Below are positions 30,986-39,959 of a DNA stretch of 64,000 nt, one piece after another. A program made the position numbers and the translations under genes. Under the pieces are notes generated by a model. It had not been told where the DNA came from. It searched no databases and saw only the letters and a program-made list of their open reading frames with translations. Where the stretch lies: positions 496,236-560,235 of the forward strand of contig CP066685.1 of NCBI GenBank assembly GCA_016432345.1, in the 5' to 3' direction. This DNA is from Candidatus Levyibacteriota bacterium (GTDB lineage Bacteria; Patescibacteriota; Microgenomatia; Levybacterales; UBA12049). Positions within the stretch are counted from its first letter, which is position 1, and every line of letters starts with the position of its first letter.

Positions 30986-32740
30986 TTATTGATTTGAATA
31001 GTCAATAATAAACGTTTCACAAAACTTTTTTTGAGATAAACTTTCCACATTAAAATCATGAAGAGTAAAATCAGAAGCATATCTCTTGAGGGCAAACTGG
31101 GAACAAACAGCGTCTTGGTAGATGTTATATACTGAACCAGAGTCTGAAAGCTGCACGATTGAAAGGCTTTTTTTAGGTATTTTTAGAGCATCGCAATCAT
31201 CTCCAGCATTCAAAATATAGGTTCGGCCATTTTCGAGTTGCTTAGTATGTTTGCAGTCAGTAAAAGAAATGTTTTTATACGTATAGTTGTGAGTTAAAAA
31301 TGCATTTCTAAAATATTCTGCTGTTTGTCTATTATAATTGTTTGAGTAAAAAATAAAATCCTTATAGGGGGTTTTGGGAGAATTGCTAATTATAGTTAAC
31401 GGTATATTTTTTTCTATTGCTATGGCTGCATATCGAGCTATAAGACGAGAACTAAAATTCGCGCCTTCCGACATGTAGACTGGTTGAATAAAAAAATAAA
31501 TATATAAGAAATTAGCAACTAATATCGCGTAGATAATTATGATAATAATTGTTGAAACGATAAGATATTTTTGATTTTTTGTAAAAGTTATTGTATGCCA
31601 AATTCCTATACCGATGAAAAGAATTAAAAAAGGAATATATAACGACGATCTCATTGCATAGGAAATACCAACAGTACTTACTACAGAAGGTAGAGGAGAG
31701 ATTACCAATAATGATGTTAGAAATAACCACAATTTTCTTTTATGCGCAAAGAGATAACAAAACCCAATAACAAAAAAAATATAGTCTGCCACATAGAAAT
31801 ATCCATGGTTGAATAGCGCAAACCGCAGCGTATATTCATTTTGGAAAAACAATTGGTTTGGTGAAAATGCACCAAAATACTTTGTTAGTATATTTTTTCC
31901 AGCAATGGTTATTTTGTTAATAAGAAAGTTTGTTGCGGGGTTTTGTATTGCAAGTTGTCTTGTCATATTTACTTCTGCAGCTATCTCACTGGATGAAATA
32001 AACCTTGTTTCTCCAAGTCTTGCTGAAGTGTTTTGGTTTTTTATGGAGATGAGAAACGAAAAAAATATAATAAAGCAAAAAGAAAGTAGTGTTATATATT
32101 GTTTTATATATCGTTTGTGATCTATTTCGCGCCATGTGTAAAAAGCAATAATAAAAAAATAAGGAAGAAATGTAATTTTATATGCCATATATGTGTAAAA
32201 ACCAAACGCTAATGGAATAATGGCATAGAGCTTTTTCCACCCTGACGTTTTTAGTAAAAGATACAAACTAGATATATAAAAAAATACTGCAAGTGATGCT
32301 TCGAATGCTGCCCTACCAAAAAAAATATTCCAAGGATTGAAACTTGCAAGAAGTCCAACAATAAATGCCGGTGATTTACCAACTAATTGTAACGTAATTA
32401 GAAATAATACAACCGAAAGTAAGGAATTAATAACCGCATAGAAGATATGCGCGGCAAAAAGAGAAGAGGGAAGCGGCCCAATAACAGGCGCAAGTAATGT
32501 ATATGGTAATTCTGCTTGCGCCGGTTCATCGGGTATTGGTGCAAACGAGAAGGGATTCCATTTGCCGCTTACATCGTGCCCTGTATAATATACAGCTTTT
32601 GCGTTTAGGACAAAAATCATATTGTCTTGAACAATTCCTATTGGAATTTTGTCCAGCCATATTGTTCGAACAGAAAGGGAAATAAAAAATAAAAGGAATC
32701 CAAGGAAAAGTGGTTTTGCAATTAACTTTTTTAGTATCAC
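30986..32740 (-). CDS. Polytopic membrane glycosyltransferase (GT-C, ArnT/PMT-like)
   Basis: Many TM helices, FNPWNIFFGRAAFEA motif; ORF open to 32830 but GTG 32740 follows TTGACA-17-AAAAAT promoter. Confidence 0.72.
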   Translation of the reverse strand: MILKKLIAKPLFLGFLLFFISLSVRTIWLDKIPIGIVQDNMIFVLNAKAVYYTGHDVSGKWNPFSFAPIPDEPAQAELPYTLLAPVIGPLPSSLFAAHIFYAVINSLLSVVLFLITLQLVGKSPAFIVGLLASFNPWNIFFGRAAFEASLAVFFYISSLYLLLKTSGWKKLYAIIPLAFGFYTYMAYKITFLPYFFIIAFYTWREIDHKRYIKQYITLLSFCFIIFFSFLISIKNQNTSARLGETRFISSSEIAAEVNMTRQLAIQNPATNFLINKITIAGKNILTKYFGAFSPNQLFFQNEYTLRFALFNHGYFYVADYIFFVIGFCYLFAHKRKLWLFLTSLLVISPLPSVVSTVGISYAMRSSLYIPFLILFIGIGIWHTITFTKNQKYLIVSTIIIIIIYAILVANFLYIYFFIQPVYMSEGANFSSRLIARYAAIAIEKNIPLTIISNSPKTPYKDFIFYSNNYNRQTAEYFRNAFLTHNYTYKNISFTDCKHTKQLENGRTYILNAGDDCDALKIPKKSLSIVQLSDSGSVYNIYQDAVCSQFALKRYASDFTLHDFNVESLSQKKFCETFIIDYSNQ

Positions 32741-32772
32741 TGGTTTTATTTTTTCAGATTTTGCCAACAGTG

Positions 32773-32807
32773 TCAATAAAATTTTTGAAAAATCAGTTGC
32801 CAAAGAA
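32773..32807 (+). repeat. Perfect 35-bp copy of ileS 5' coding sequence (33838-33872)
   Basis: TCAATAAAATTTTTGAAAAATCAGTTGCCAAAGAA identical at both positions. Confidence 0.97.
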
Positions 32808-32831
32808 ACTAGCGGAGTTCGGCGAGGCAAG

Positions 32832-32858
32832 CCCGCATTTCTACGGCAGGGGAATTAG
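32832..32858 (+). repeat. Third copy of ftsZ 3' end (PAFLRQGN-stop), synonymously diverged
   Basis: ccc gca ttt cta cgg cag ggg aat tag; 20/27 nt identical to 30798-30824, 7/8 residues identical. Confidence 0.85.
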
Positions 32859-33061
32859 CGTAAGAGAAGATAGCCTTCAATAAGGATGCCGCTTGCAATA
32901 AGGAGTGAAACAAGCAGTATTATTACAATAATAAAAAAAGGCACGGGGATTTTGGTGGCGTTGTATGCTCTTCGGGCAGAATAGATAACTAATCCTAAAC
33001 ATATAAGGAGCAACAGAAAAAATAGGAAGATAAATGTGTGTAACAGGATGTATTGAATCAT
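32855..33061 (-). CDS. Small two-TM hypothetical membrane protein
   Basis: 68 aa, two hydrophobic stretches, ATGA overlap with upstream gene. Confidence 0.6.
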   Translation of the reverse strand: MIQYILLHTFIFLFFLLLLICLGLVIYSARRAYNATKIPVPFFIIVIILLVSLLIASGILIEGYLLLR

Positions 33062-33687
33062 ACTTTGTTATGACTACCAGCTTCGATAGTGATACTTTGG
33101 ATGGCATCTTCTATTTCCTGGGCGTTTTCCGGTGTTTTAAAGAAAAATGGTTCATCACGTTCTAATTTATGAAACCGCACCGTAACATTTTCGATTCGTA
33201 AATAGTCGTAAAGCAAATTTGATGGACTTCTATCGATTTCCTGCTGGTGTATTTGTTCTAAAAAAATAACTTCGGAATAAAAACCGGAAATGCGAAAAAA
33301 CCGTTTGTGCACAATTGATTTGTTGGTAACAATATAAAATTGATAGTACCACGAAAGAAATGTATAGAGTTCGATTAACAGTATGGTCGCCATACCGGCA
33401 ATTGTCGCAATAAGCAGAAGCGTTTGTTTATTTGCAAAAAGAGATGTGAAGTTAAGTGTATTAGTTACAACTAGGAAAAAAGCGGTAAAGATAAAAATTT
33501 CAGTTAATATCCGAGCAAGCATGGAAAGTAAATATGTTACCGGATGTTCCCGTTGAGTGCAAAACACATTTTCTCCCGGAGCGCATTTTACCAGCGGGAA
33601 ATCCTGGAGTCTTTTTCCTGATTTATCAAAAAGTACATGCGAAATACTTGTTTCTTTCTTTTGTTTGAAGCTGCCAATTATATCCAT
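33058..33687 (-). CDS. Membrane protein with probable bacterial PH-like domain
   Basis: Two TM helices then WYYQFYIVTNKSIV pattern typical of bPH domains. Confidence 0.6.
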   Translation of the reverse strand: MDIIGSFKQKKETSISHVLFDKSGKRLQDFPLVKCAPGENVFCTQREHPVTYLLSMLARILTEIFIFTAFFLVVTNTLNFTSLFANKQTLLLIATIAGMATILLIELYTFLSWYYQFYIVTNKSIVHKRFFRISGFYSEVIFLEQIHQQEIDRSPSNLLYDYLRIENVTVRFHKLERDEPFFFKTPENAQEIEDAIQSITIEAGSHNKV

Positions 33688-33767
33688 TGTTATCCACCTT
33701 GGTGGTATTATACCATTTTTCCTGTTTTGCTTGATGTGGGGTATTTTTTCGGTTACAATCTAAAGAC

Positions 33768-36581
33768 ATGTTAAAACCAGTCACCTCGCAAGTTGATTTT
33801 CCCAAACTCGAGGAAGAAATTATACAGTTTTGGAAAATCAATAAAATTTTTGAAAAATCAGTTGCCAAAGAAGCGCCAAAAGGTAATTGGACATTTTTAG
33901 ATGGGCCGCCTTTTATTACAGGGCTTCCTCATTATGGTAGTTTGCTTTCTAGTATTCCCAAAGATTTATTTCCCCGTTTTAAAACCATGCAGGGGTATAG
34001 GGTTAGACGTGTTTGGGGTTGGGATTGTCATGGTCTTCCGGCGGAAAATAAAGTGGAAAACAAATTGAGTATTACCCGCAAAAAAGATATTGAAGAAAAA
34101 ATAGGAGTTAAAAAATTTATTGACGAATGTAAATTGTATGTTAAGGATGTGTCTTCGGAATGGGAATGGTATGTAGACCACGTTGGCCGCTGGGTTGATT
34201 TTAAAAATGCCTACAAAACCATGGACTTACCATATATGGAGACAGTGATGTGGGTATTTAAACAAATGTACGACAAGGGTTATATTTACAAAGGTCTTCG
34301 GGTGTCGCTTTATTGCCCACATTGCTCAACGCCAATATCAAACTTTGAGGTTGCGATGGATGTTGATAATTATAAAGAGATAACTGATGCGGCAACAACA
34401 TATAAATTTGAGTTGCAAGATGAACTAAAGACGTTTATTCTTGCTTGGTCAACAACTCCCTGGAATAAAATTGTTACTCCTGCGTTGGCAGTTAATCCAA
34501 AATTGACTTATGTAAAAGTTAAGCAAGGTAACGAAAATTATATTTTAGCTAAAACAACTCTAAAAATACTTACTGGAGATTACAAAATTGTGGAAGAATT
34601 TAAAGGGGCAAAACTTGTGGGCATGCAGTATGTTCCGCATTACGATTATTATCCAATCGAAAAAGGCAAACAAGCATTTGTGATTATTCCTGGTGATTTT
34701 GTTACAGCAGAAGAAGGCACAGGAGTTGTAACAATTGCTGCTTATGGGGAAGAAGATTTAAAAGCCATGCAGGAAAATAATATCCATATTGAAATGCATC
34801 TGGACGAAGAAGGAACAATCAAACAAGATGTAGCACTTTTTGGCGGGATGTACTATCTTAAGGCGAATAAAGCCGTCAACGAAGATTTGGCAAAGAGGGG
34901 TTTAATTTATAAAGACGAGCAGTTGCCTCACAATGTTCCATTATGTTGGCGGTGTCATACTCGTTTGTATTATGGGCCGCAGAATGCCTGGTACGTGAAT
35001 GTGCAGAAATTAAAAAAAGAAATGAAGGAAACAAATGAGACTACTAATTGGTTTCCCAAACATTTTAAATATGGCCGATTTTTAAAAAGCTTAGAAGCAG
35101 CGCCAGATTGGTGTATTTCAAGAAGTCGTTATTGGGGATCGCCTGTGCCGGTATGGGAGTGTACATGCGGACAGCGGATAGTACCCGGTTCAATTAGAGA
35201 ATTAGAAGAATTCTCCGGTAAAAAAATTACAGATTTGCACAAACCCGAAATTGACGAAGTAATTATTAAATGTTTATCATGCGGCAAGAATGCAAAACGG
35301 GTCACCGAAGTTTTGGATAGCTGGATCGAAGCAGGTTCTGCGTCGTTTGCCGAACGCCATTTTCCTTTTAATAAAAGCGTAAAACTTACCGATTTTTTCC
35401 CACCCGATTTTATTGTGGAATATACAGGACAAATCCGCGCCTGGTTTTATGTGTTGCATGTGATTACAAATGCTTTGTATAAATCAAACGCCTACAAAAA
35501 TGTTGTGGTAACAGGAGTTATTTTAGGGACCGATGGCAGGAAGATGAGTAAAAATTACGGCAATTATCCAGATCCGAAAGAAATGCTGCAAAAATATGGC
35601 GGTGATGCACTGCGACTTTACTTAATGGGAAGTCCTGTGATGCATGGAGAAGATATCCTTATTTCTGAAGAACAATACAAACAACAAGTTAAAGGCACCA
35701 TACTTATTTTGTGGAATGTGTACAATTTTTTCGTATCAAATGCGATCGTTGACCAGTATCAAGTGTTAAGTATAAAGTATAAAGTATCAGAGAATATATT
35801 AGATCAATGGATCGTTTCATTGCTACAGAAGTTGATAAAAGAAATAACAGATGCTTTAGAAAAATACGATACTATTTTGGCTATAAAAGAAGCAGAAGGA
35901 TTTGTTGGTGATCTTTCGACTTGGTACATCAGGCGAAGTAGAGATAGGGTGGGAGCTGCGGTAGAAAATAGTAAAGATAAAAGGGCGTTTTATGAAACAA
36001 CATATTATGTGTTAACAACTCTTTGTAAACTTCTTGCGCCCATTATGCCATTTATTACAGAAGAGATGTATAAAAATTTAACAGGGGAGGAATCGGTTCA
36101 TTTATCGGATTGGCCGCGAACAGATCAAAGATTAAAGATCAAAGATCAAAGAATAGAAATCGAAATGGAGCAAGGTATACAACTTGCGTCAAAAGTGCAT
36201 GCTTTACGAAAACAGACAAATATCAAAGTTCGTATCCCTCTTAGAAAATTATCATACAAAGGACCAGAGGAACTTATAAAAGAAGTAAAGAAGGTTGTTT
36301 TGGATGAGGTGAATGTATACGAATTAGTTTATGCGGGCAAGAGTGATAATTATGAAGTTTCTGGTGATACAAGTCAAAAAAATCAGGATATCGAAGCAGG
36401 AAAAGCGCGGGATATTATTCGAAGTATTCAAGAAGAGCGAAAAAAACTTGGCACCAGCCTTGATGAATATGTTGATGTTGTTATCGAATCCTGGCCAAAA
36501 GAATTTGAAAATACAATCAAAAAGAAAGCGCTAGTTAAAACGCTTATTAAAGGTAATCAATTTAACGTTGTTAGAATATGA
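33768..36581 (+). CDS. ileS: Isoleucine--tRNA ligase, type 2 (eukaryote-like)
   Basis: DGPPFITGLPHYGS, GWDCHGLP, WSTTPW, DWCISRSRYWG, KMSK; promoter TTGATG-17-TACAAT 8 nt upstream. Confidence 0.96.
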   Translation: MLKPVTSQVDFPKLEEEIIQFWKINKIFEKSVAKEAPKGNWTFLDGPPFITGLPHYGSLLSSIPKDLFPRFKTMQGYRVRRVWGWDCHGLPAENKVENKLSITRKKDIEEKIGVKKFIDECKLYVKDVSSEWEWYVDHVGRWVDFKNAYKTMDLPYMETVMWVFKQMYDKGYIYKGLRVSLYCPHCSTPISNFEVAMDVDNYKEITDAATTYKFELQDELKTFILAWSTTPWNKIVTPALAVNPKLTYVKVKQGNENYILAKTTLKILTGDYKIVEEFKGAKLVGMQYVPHYDYYPIEKGKQAFVIIPGDFVTAEEGTGVVTIAAYGEEDLKAMQENNIHIEMHLDEEGTIKQDVALFGGMYYLKANKAVNEDLAKRGLIYKDEQLPHNVPLCWRCHTRLYYGPQNAWYVNVQKLKKEMKETNETTNWFPKHFKYGRFLKSLEAAPDWCISRSRYWGSPVPVWECTCGQRIVPGSIRELEEFSGKKITDLHKPEIDEVIIKCLSCGKNAKRVTEVLDSWIEAGSASFAERHFPFNKSVKLTDFFPPDFIVEYTGQIRAWFYVLHVITNALYKSNAYKNVVVTGVILGTDGRKMSKNYGNYPDPKEMLQKYGGDALRLYLMGSPVMHGEDILISEEQYKQQVKGTILILWNVYNFFVSNAIVDQYQVLSIKYKVSENILDQWIVSLLQKLIKEITDALEKYDTILAIKEAEGFVGDLSTWYIRRSRDRVGAAVENSKDKRAFYETTYYVLTTLCKLLAPIMPFITEEMYKNLTGEESVHLSDWPRTDQRLKIKDQRIEIEMEQGIQLASKVHALRKQTNIKVRIPLRKLSYKGPEELIKEVKKVVLDEVNVYELVYAGKSDNYEVSGDTSQKNQDIEAGKARDIIRSIQEERKKLGTSLDEYVDVVIESWPKEFENTIKKKALVKTLIKGNQFNVVRI
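35754..35788 (+). repeat. Degenerate (AAGTATN)x5 heptamer repeat inside ileS
   Basis: CAGTATC AAGTGTT AAGTATA AAGTATA AAGTATC; encodes QYQVLSIKYKVS. Confidence 0.8.
36121..36155 (+). repeat. (AAGATYA)x5 heptamer repeat inside ileS
   Basis: CAGATCA AAGATTA AAGATCA AAGATCA AAGAATA; encodes DQRLKIKDQRI. Confidence 0.88.
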
Positions 36582-37660
36582 GGTTTGGGGTACTGTCCGC
36601 TATAGATTGGAGTCTTCTTGTTCCTTCCTTAATTCTTGTTATTTTTAGCTTGGCAACTCTTTTTTCTATTAGCGTCTCTTATTTTTTAAGCCAGCTTTTT
36701 TACGTTTTGCTTTCTCTGGTTGTTTTTATTATTTTTTCTCAAGTTCATTATAAAGCAATACATTTGTATAGTTTACCCATTTATATTTTTTCTCTTCTTG
36801 CATTTTTGTTTGTTTTGTTTATCGGATTTGAAAGCAGGGGCGCTGTGAGGTGGATAGATATTTTGGGATTTCGTCTCCAGTTTTCCGAAATTCTAAAACC
36901 GTTTCTTATTGTATCGTTTGCTTCTTTTTTGGCAGATAGAAAAAATGCCTCTTTTTATTCGTTTATTTTAAGTCTTTGTTTTTTGTTTCCTATTGCTCTT
37001 TTTATCTTTCTTCAGCCAGATTTAGGGACAGCCATTGTGTATATATTGGTAGTTTTTGCGACAATACTTGTTTTTGGGTTTAGATTGCGGTTGTTTTTGG
37101 GAATTCTTGGGATATTTATTTTGCTTCTGCCTGTTTTTTGGCAATTTTTGCGTGATTATCAAAGATACAGAATCTTAACATTTTTGCGGCCCGAAGGCGA
37201 TCCGCTTGGTACATCGTATAATGGTATACAGGCGATGATTGCGGTTGGGTCGGGAGCGCTTTTTGGCAAGGGTTTGGGGCAAGGGACTCAATCTATTTTA
37301 CGTTTTTTGCCCGAGCGGCATACAGATTTTATTTTTGCCACAATTTGTGAAAGTTTTGGTTTTATAGGAGGATTAATTGTTATTTTTGTTTTTGCCTTTT
37401 TGCTTTACAGAATTTATATTTTGTATCTAAGCGTTGATGATAGTTTTCGTAAAACTTTCTGTATTGCTGCATTTTTTCTTCTTTTGACGCAGTTTTTTAT
37501 TAATGTTGGTATGAATATAGGGTTAGTGCCAATTGTTGGTATAACACTGCCGTTTGTGTCGTATGGAGGAAGTTCTGTTTTATCAAGTTTTATTCTTCTT
37601 GGCATACTTTCTAGCTTTAGCTATAGGCTTAAAAATAGAGAGACTCTGGAAATTCGCTAG
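36578..37660 (+). CDS. rodA: SEDS protein RodA
   Basis: GAVRWI, QFSEILK, QPDLGT, YQRYRI, LPERHTDFIFA, GITLPFVSYGGSS. Confidence 0.9.
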   Translation: MRFGVLSAIDWSLLVPSLILVIFSLATLFSISVSYFLSQLFYVLLSLVVFIIFSQVHYKAIHLYSLPIYIFSLLAFLFVLFIGFESRGAVRWIDILGFRLQFSEILKPFLIVSFASFLADRKNASFYSFILSLCFLFPIALFIFLQPDLGTAIVYILVVFATILVFGFRLRLFLGILGIFILLLPVFWQFLRDYQRYRILTFLRPEGDPLGTSYNGIQAMIAVGSGALFGKGLGQGTQSILRFLPERHTDFIFATICESFGFIGGLIVIFVFAFLLYRIYILYLSVDDSFRKTFCIAAFFLLLTQFFINVGMNIGLVPIVGITLPFVSYGGSSVLSSFILLGILSSFSYRLKNRETLEIR

Positions 37661-37687
37661 ATAGTTTGTTATAATTATCTTTTGTGT

Positions 37688-38059
37688 ATGAATTACGTTA
37701 TTGTTGAAGCTGGTGGAAAGCAATATAAAGCATCGGTTGGAGATGTTTTAGAAATAGATAGACTTTCCGTCGAAAAAGATAAGGAGATTTCTTTTGATAA
37801 GGTACTTTTTTTGCGAACCGATGGACAGGTTCAAATTGGTAAGCCGACACTTTCTGACGTGCGGGTAAGGGGGAAGGTTTTGGATCACATAAAGGGAGAA
37901 AAAATTAGAGTAAGTAAATATAAAGCCAAAGTTAGACATCGAAGAACAACAGGTTTTCGCGCTGCTCTTACCAAAGTGCAAATAGTAGGAATTGACTTTT
38001 TAGGCAGTACGAAAACAGAAGAGAAGAAGAAAATAAAGGGAGATGTTCTGATATCTTGA
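37688..38059 (+). CDS. rplU: 50S ribosomal protein L21
   Basis: YVIVEAGGKQYK, GKP, KYKAKVRHRRTTGFR. Confidence 0.95.
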   Translation: MNYVIVEAGGKQYKASVGDVLEIDRLSVEKDKEISFDKVLFLRTDGQVQIGKPTLSDVRVRGKVLDHIKGEKIRVSKYKAKVRHRRTTGFRAALTKVQIVGIDFLGSTKTEEKKKIKGDVLIS

Positions 38060-38144
38060 CTTCTGTGAAAATTATGATTAAAATATAAATAATTTTCACA
38101 AAGAATAATTTTTAATTTTTCACTTTAACTTTTAATTTATTTTT

Positions 38145-38396
38145 ATGGCGCATACAAAAGCACAAGGGTCAGTAAAAGGAAATCGAGATTCAATTGCGAA
38201 GCGCTTGGGCGTTAAGCTTTTTGGCGGGGAAAAAACTAAACCTGGCAGTATTCTTATCCGTCAAAAAGGATCAAAATTTTTTCCAGGCAATGGAGTTTCT
38301 ATGGGAAAAGACTTTACTCTTTTTGCGACTATTGTTGGCTTAGTAAACTTTAAGACACTTCGAGGAAAAAAAATTGTGGAGGTACAGCACGCATAA
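38145..38396 (+). CDS. rpmA: 50S ribosomal protein L27
   Basis: [36 protein letters not shown]; promoter TTGACT-17-TAAAAT upstream. Confidence 0.96.
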   Translation: MAHTKAQGSVKGNRDSIAKRLGVKLFGGEKTKPGSILIRQKGSKFFPGNGVSMGKDFTLFATIVGLVNFKTLRGKKIVEVQHA

Positions 38397-38407
38397 CATT
38401 TTTAGGT

Positions 38408-39250
38408 ATGGAAAATCAAGAAAGAATATTTGAACTAGAAGTATCACTGCTCCAGCCAAATCCTCTTCAACCGCGAGGCATTATTACCACAGAATCAATT
38501 TCGGAGCTTGTTGAGTCAATAAAAGAGCAGGGAATTTTAGAACCATTAGTGGTGGCAAAAACACCGGCTGGATATCAAATTATTGCTGGAGAGCGTAGAT
38601 TTAGAGCTGCCAGATTGGCAGGTTTTGCAAAAGTACCAGTTGTGGTGAAAGAAACCACTCCTCAAGGCATGCTGGAAATGTCTATTGTGGAAAATGTTCA
38701 GCGAGAAGACCTAAACCCAATTGAGAGAGCGCTTGCTTACAAACGGCTCATTGACGAATTTGGTCTTGGCACCAATGAGGTTGCAAAACGGGTTGGAAAA
38801 AGCGCTCCCACAGTATCTAATACCATTAGACTTTTGTCCCTGCCTGATGCCATAAAAGATGCGCTTGTGGCAGGTGTTATCACCGAAGGACATGTTAGAC
38901 CTCTTATTTCTCTGGGCGATATCAAGCTAATGCTTGAGCTTTTTAAAAAAATCCTCAAAGAAAACAGCACTGTTCGTCAGACAGAAGAACTGGCACGGCA
39001 AGTAAGAGGAGAAGTGCAAAAAAACGTGGGCGGCCGAACAGAAAAAGATAAGTTATGGATTCCAGAACTTGATGAAATAGCAAAAAAGCTAGAAAAAACA
39101 CTTGGGTTTGATACAGTCAGTGTTTTTCAATCCCGAAGCCAAGCCCGTGTTACTTTTGTGATTAGAGGAGATGTTGATATTACAACACCTAAGATTAAAT
39201 ACTTAAAAGAGCTGCTTACAAAAGAAGATGCAACACTGCAGCAAAACTAA
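38408..39250 (+). CDS. parB: ParB/Spo0J partition protein
   Basis: PNPLQPR, YQIIAGERRFRA, ENVQREDLNPIERA, HTH, GHVRPL. Confidence 0.93.
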   Translation: MENQERIFELEVSLLQPNPLQPRGIITTESISELVESIKEQGILEPLVVAKTPAGYQIIAGERRFRAARLAGFAKVPVVVKETTPQGMLEMSIVENVQREDLNPIERALAYKRLIDEFGLGTNEVAKRVGKSAPTVSNTIRLLSLPDAIKDALVAGVITEGHVRPLISLGDIKLMLELFKKILKENSTVRQTEELARQVRGEVQKNVGGRTEKDKLWIPELDEIAKKLEKTLGFDTVSVFQSRSQARVTFVIRGDVDITTPKIKYLKELLTKEDATLQQN

Positions 39251-39251
39251 T

Positions 39252-39824
39252 TTATTTAAAAGGGTTTTTAACAAGCCTCATTTGATTAACAGGCAAGTAA
39301 ACAAAAACCGATTTTCCAATTATTTCATTTTCTTTTATAAATCCCCATTCGCGGGAATCAGAGCTTGCTGGTCGGTTGTCGCCCAAAACAAGGTATGAAT
39401 TATTAGACACTGTAACTGGAATACCTTCTTTCATAAAAGCGCCGCCGTATGTTTTAACTTCGGGTGATAAATATGCGCTCTCATCGAGTTTTTGGTTATT
39501 TACATACACATTGCCATCTTTTATTTCAATCGAGTCCCCTGCAGTGCCAATAATTCTTTTTATGTAATCTTTTTTAAATTCCTCATTTTCTTGATTTGGC
39601 GCTTGAAACACGATCACATCTCCTCTTTTTATTTTTTCGATACGTAAAGAAATAATGCTGGTTAGGACGTACTCTTTATCTACGAAAGTTGGGTGCATAG
39701 AAGATCCGCTTACCTGGTATGGCCGAAAAAAGAAAATATAGGTGATAAGAAAAAGAACACCCGCAATAATAATGGTTTGGGCAATATCAAGCAGGTACGA
39801 GAAAATTTTTTGAATAATTATCAT
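39252..39824 (-). CDS. lepB: Signal peptidase I
   Basis: VSGSSMHPT (Ser), YIKRIIG (Lys), LGDNRPASSDSREWG; start set to ATG 39824. Confidence 0.93.
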   Translation of the reverse strand: MIIIQKIFSYLLDIAQTIIIAGVLFLITYIFFFRPYQVSGSSMHPTFVDKEYVLTSIISLRIEKIKRGDVIVFQAPNQENEEFKKDYIKRIIGTAGDSIEIKDGNVYVNNQKLDESAYLSPEVKTYGGAFMKEGIPVTVSNNSYLVLGDNRPASSDSREWGFIKENEIIGKSVFVYLPVNQMRLVKNPFK

Positions 39825-39887
39825 ATAATTTATTCTCGCAGAAGCTATTTGCTTTGTCAATTAGAGGTAAAGTATAATAAGTGAAAT

Positions 39888-39959
39888 GGACCTGTGGTTC
39901 AGTGGTAGAGCGTTCGCTTCACATGCGAAAGGCCGATGGTTCGAATCCATCCAGGTCCA
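39888..39959 (+). tRNA. tRNA-Val(CAC), CCA not encoded
   Basis: Acceptor GGACCTG/CAGGTCC, anticodon arm TTCGC-TTCACAT-GCGAA, T-loop GTTCGAATC. Confidence 0.95.

Noticed and set aside
32649..32858. 69-aa + strand ORF ending NKIFEKSVAKE..KPAFLRQGN as a real gene
   Set aside because: Mostly antisense to the GT-C gene, weak TTG start; better explained as a recombination scar
38107..38140. AATTTTT-like periodicity in the rpmA leader
   Set aside because: Irregular period in very AT-rich DNA; not counted as a heptamer array
38408..39250. parB as plasmid/prophage marker
   Set aside because: Spo0J-like, follows ribosomal protein genes; no parA, parS palindrome or mobile genes seen nearby
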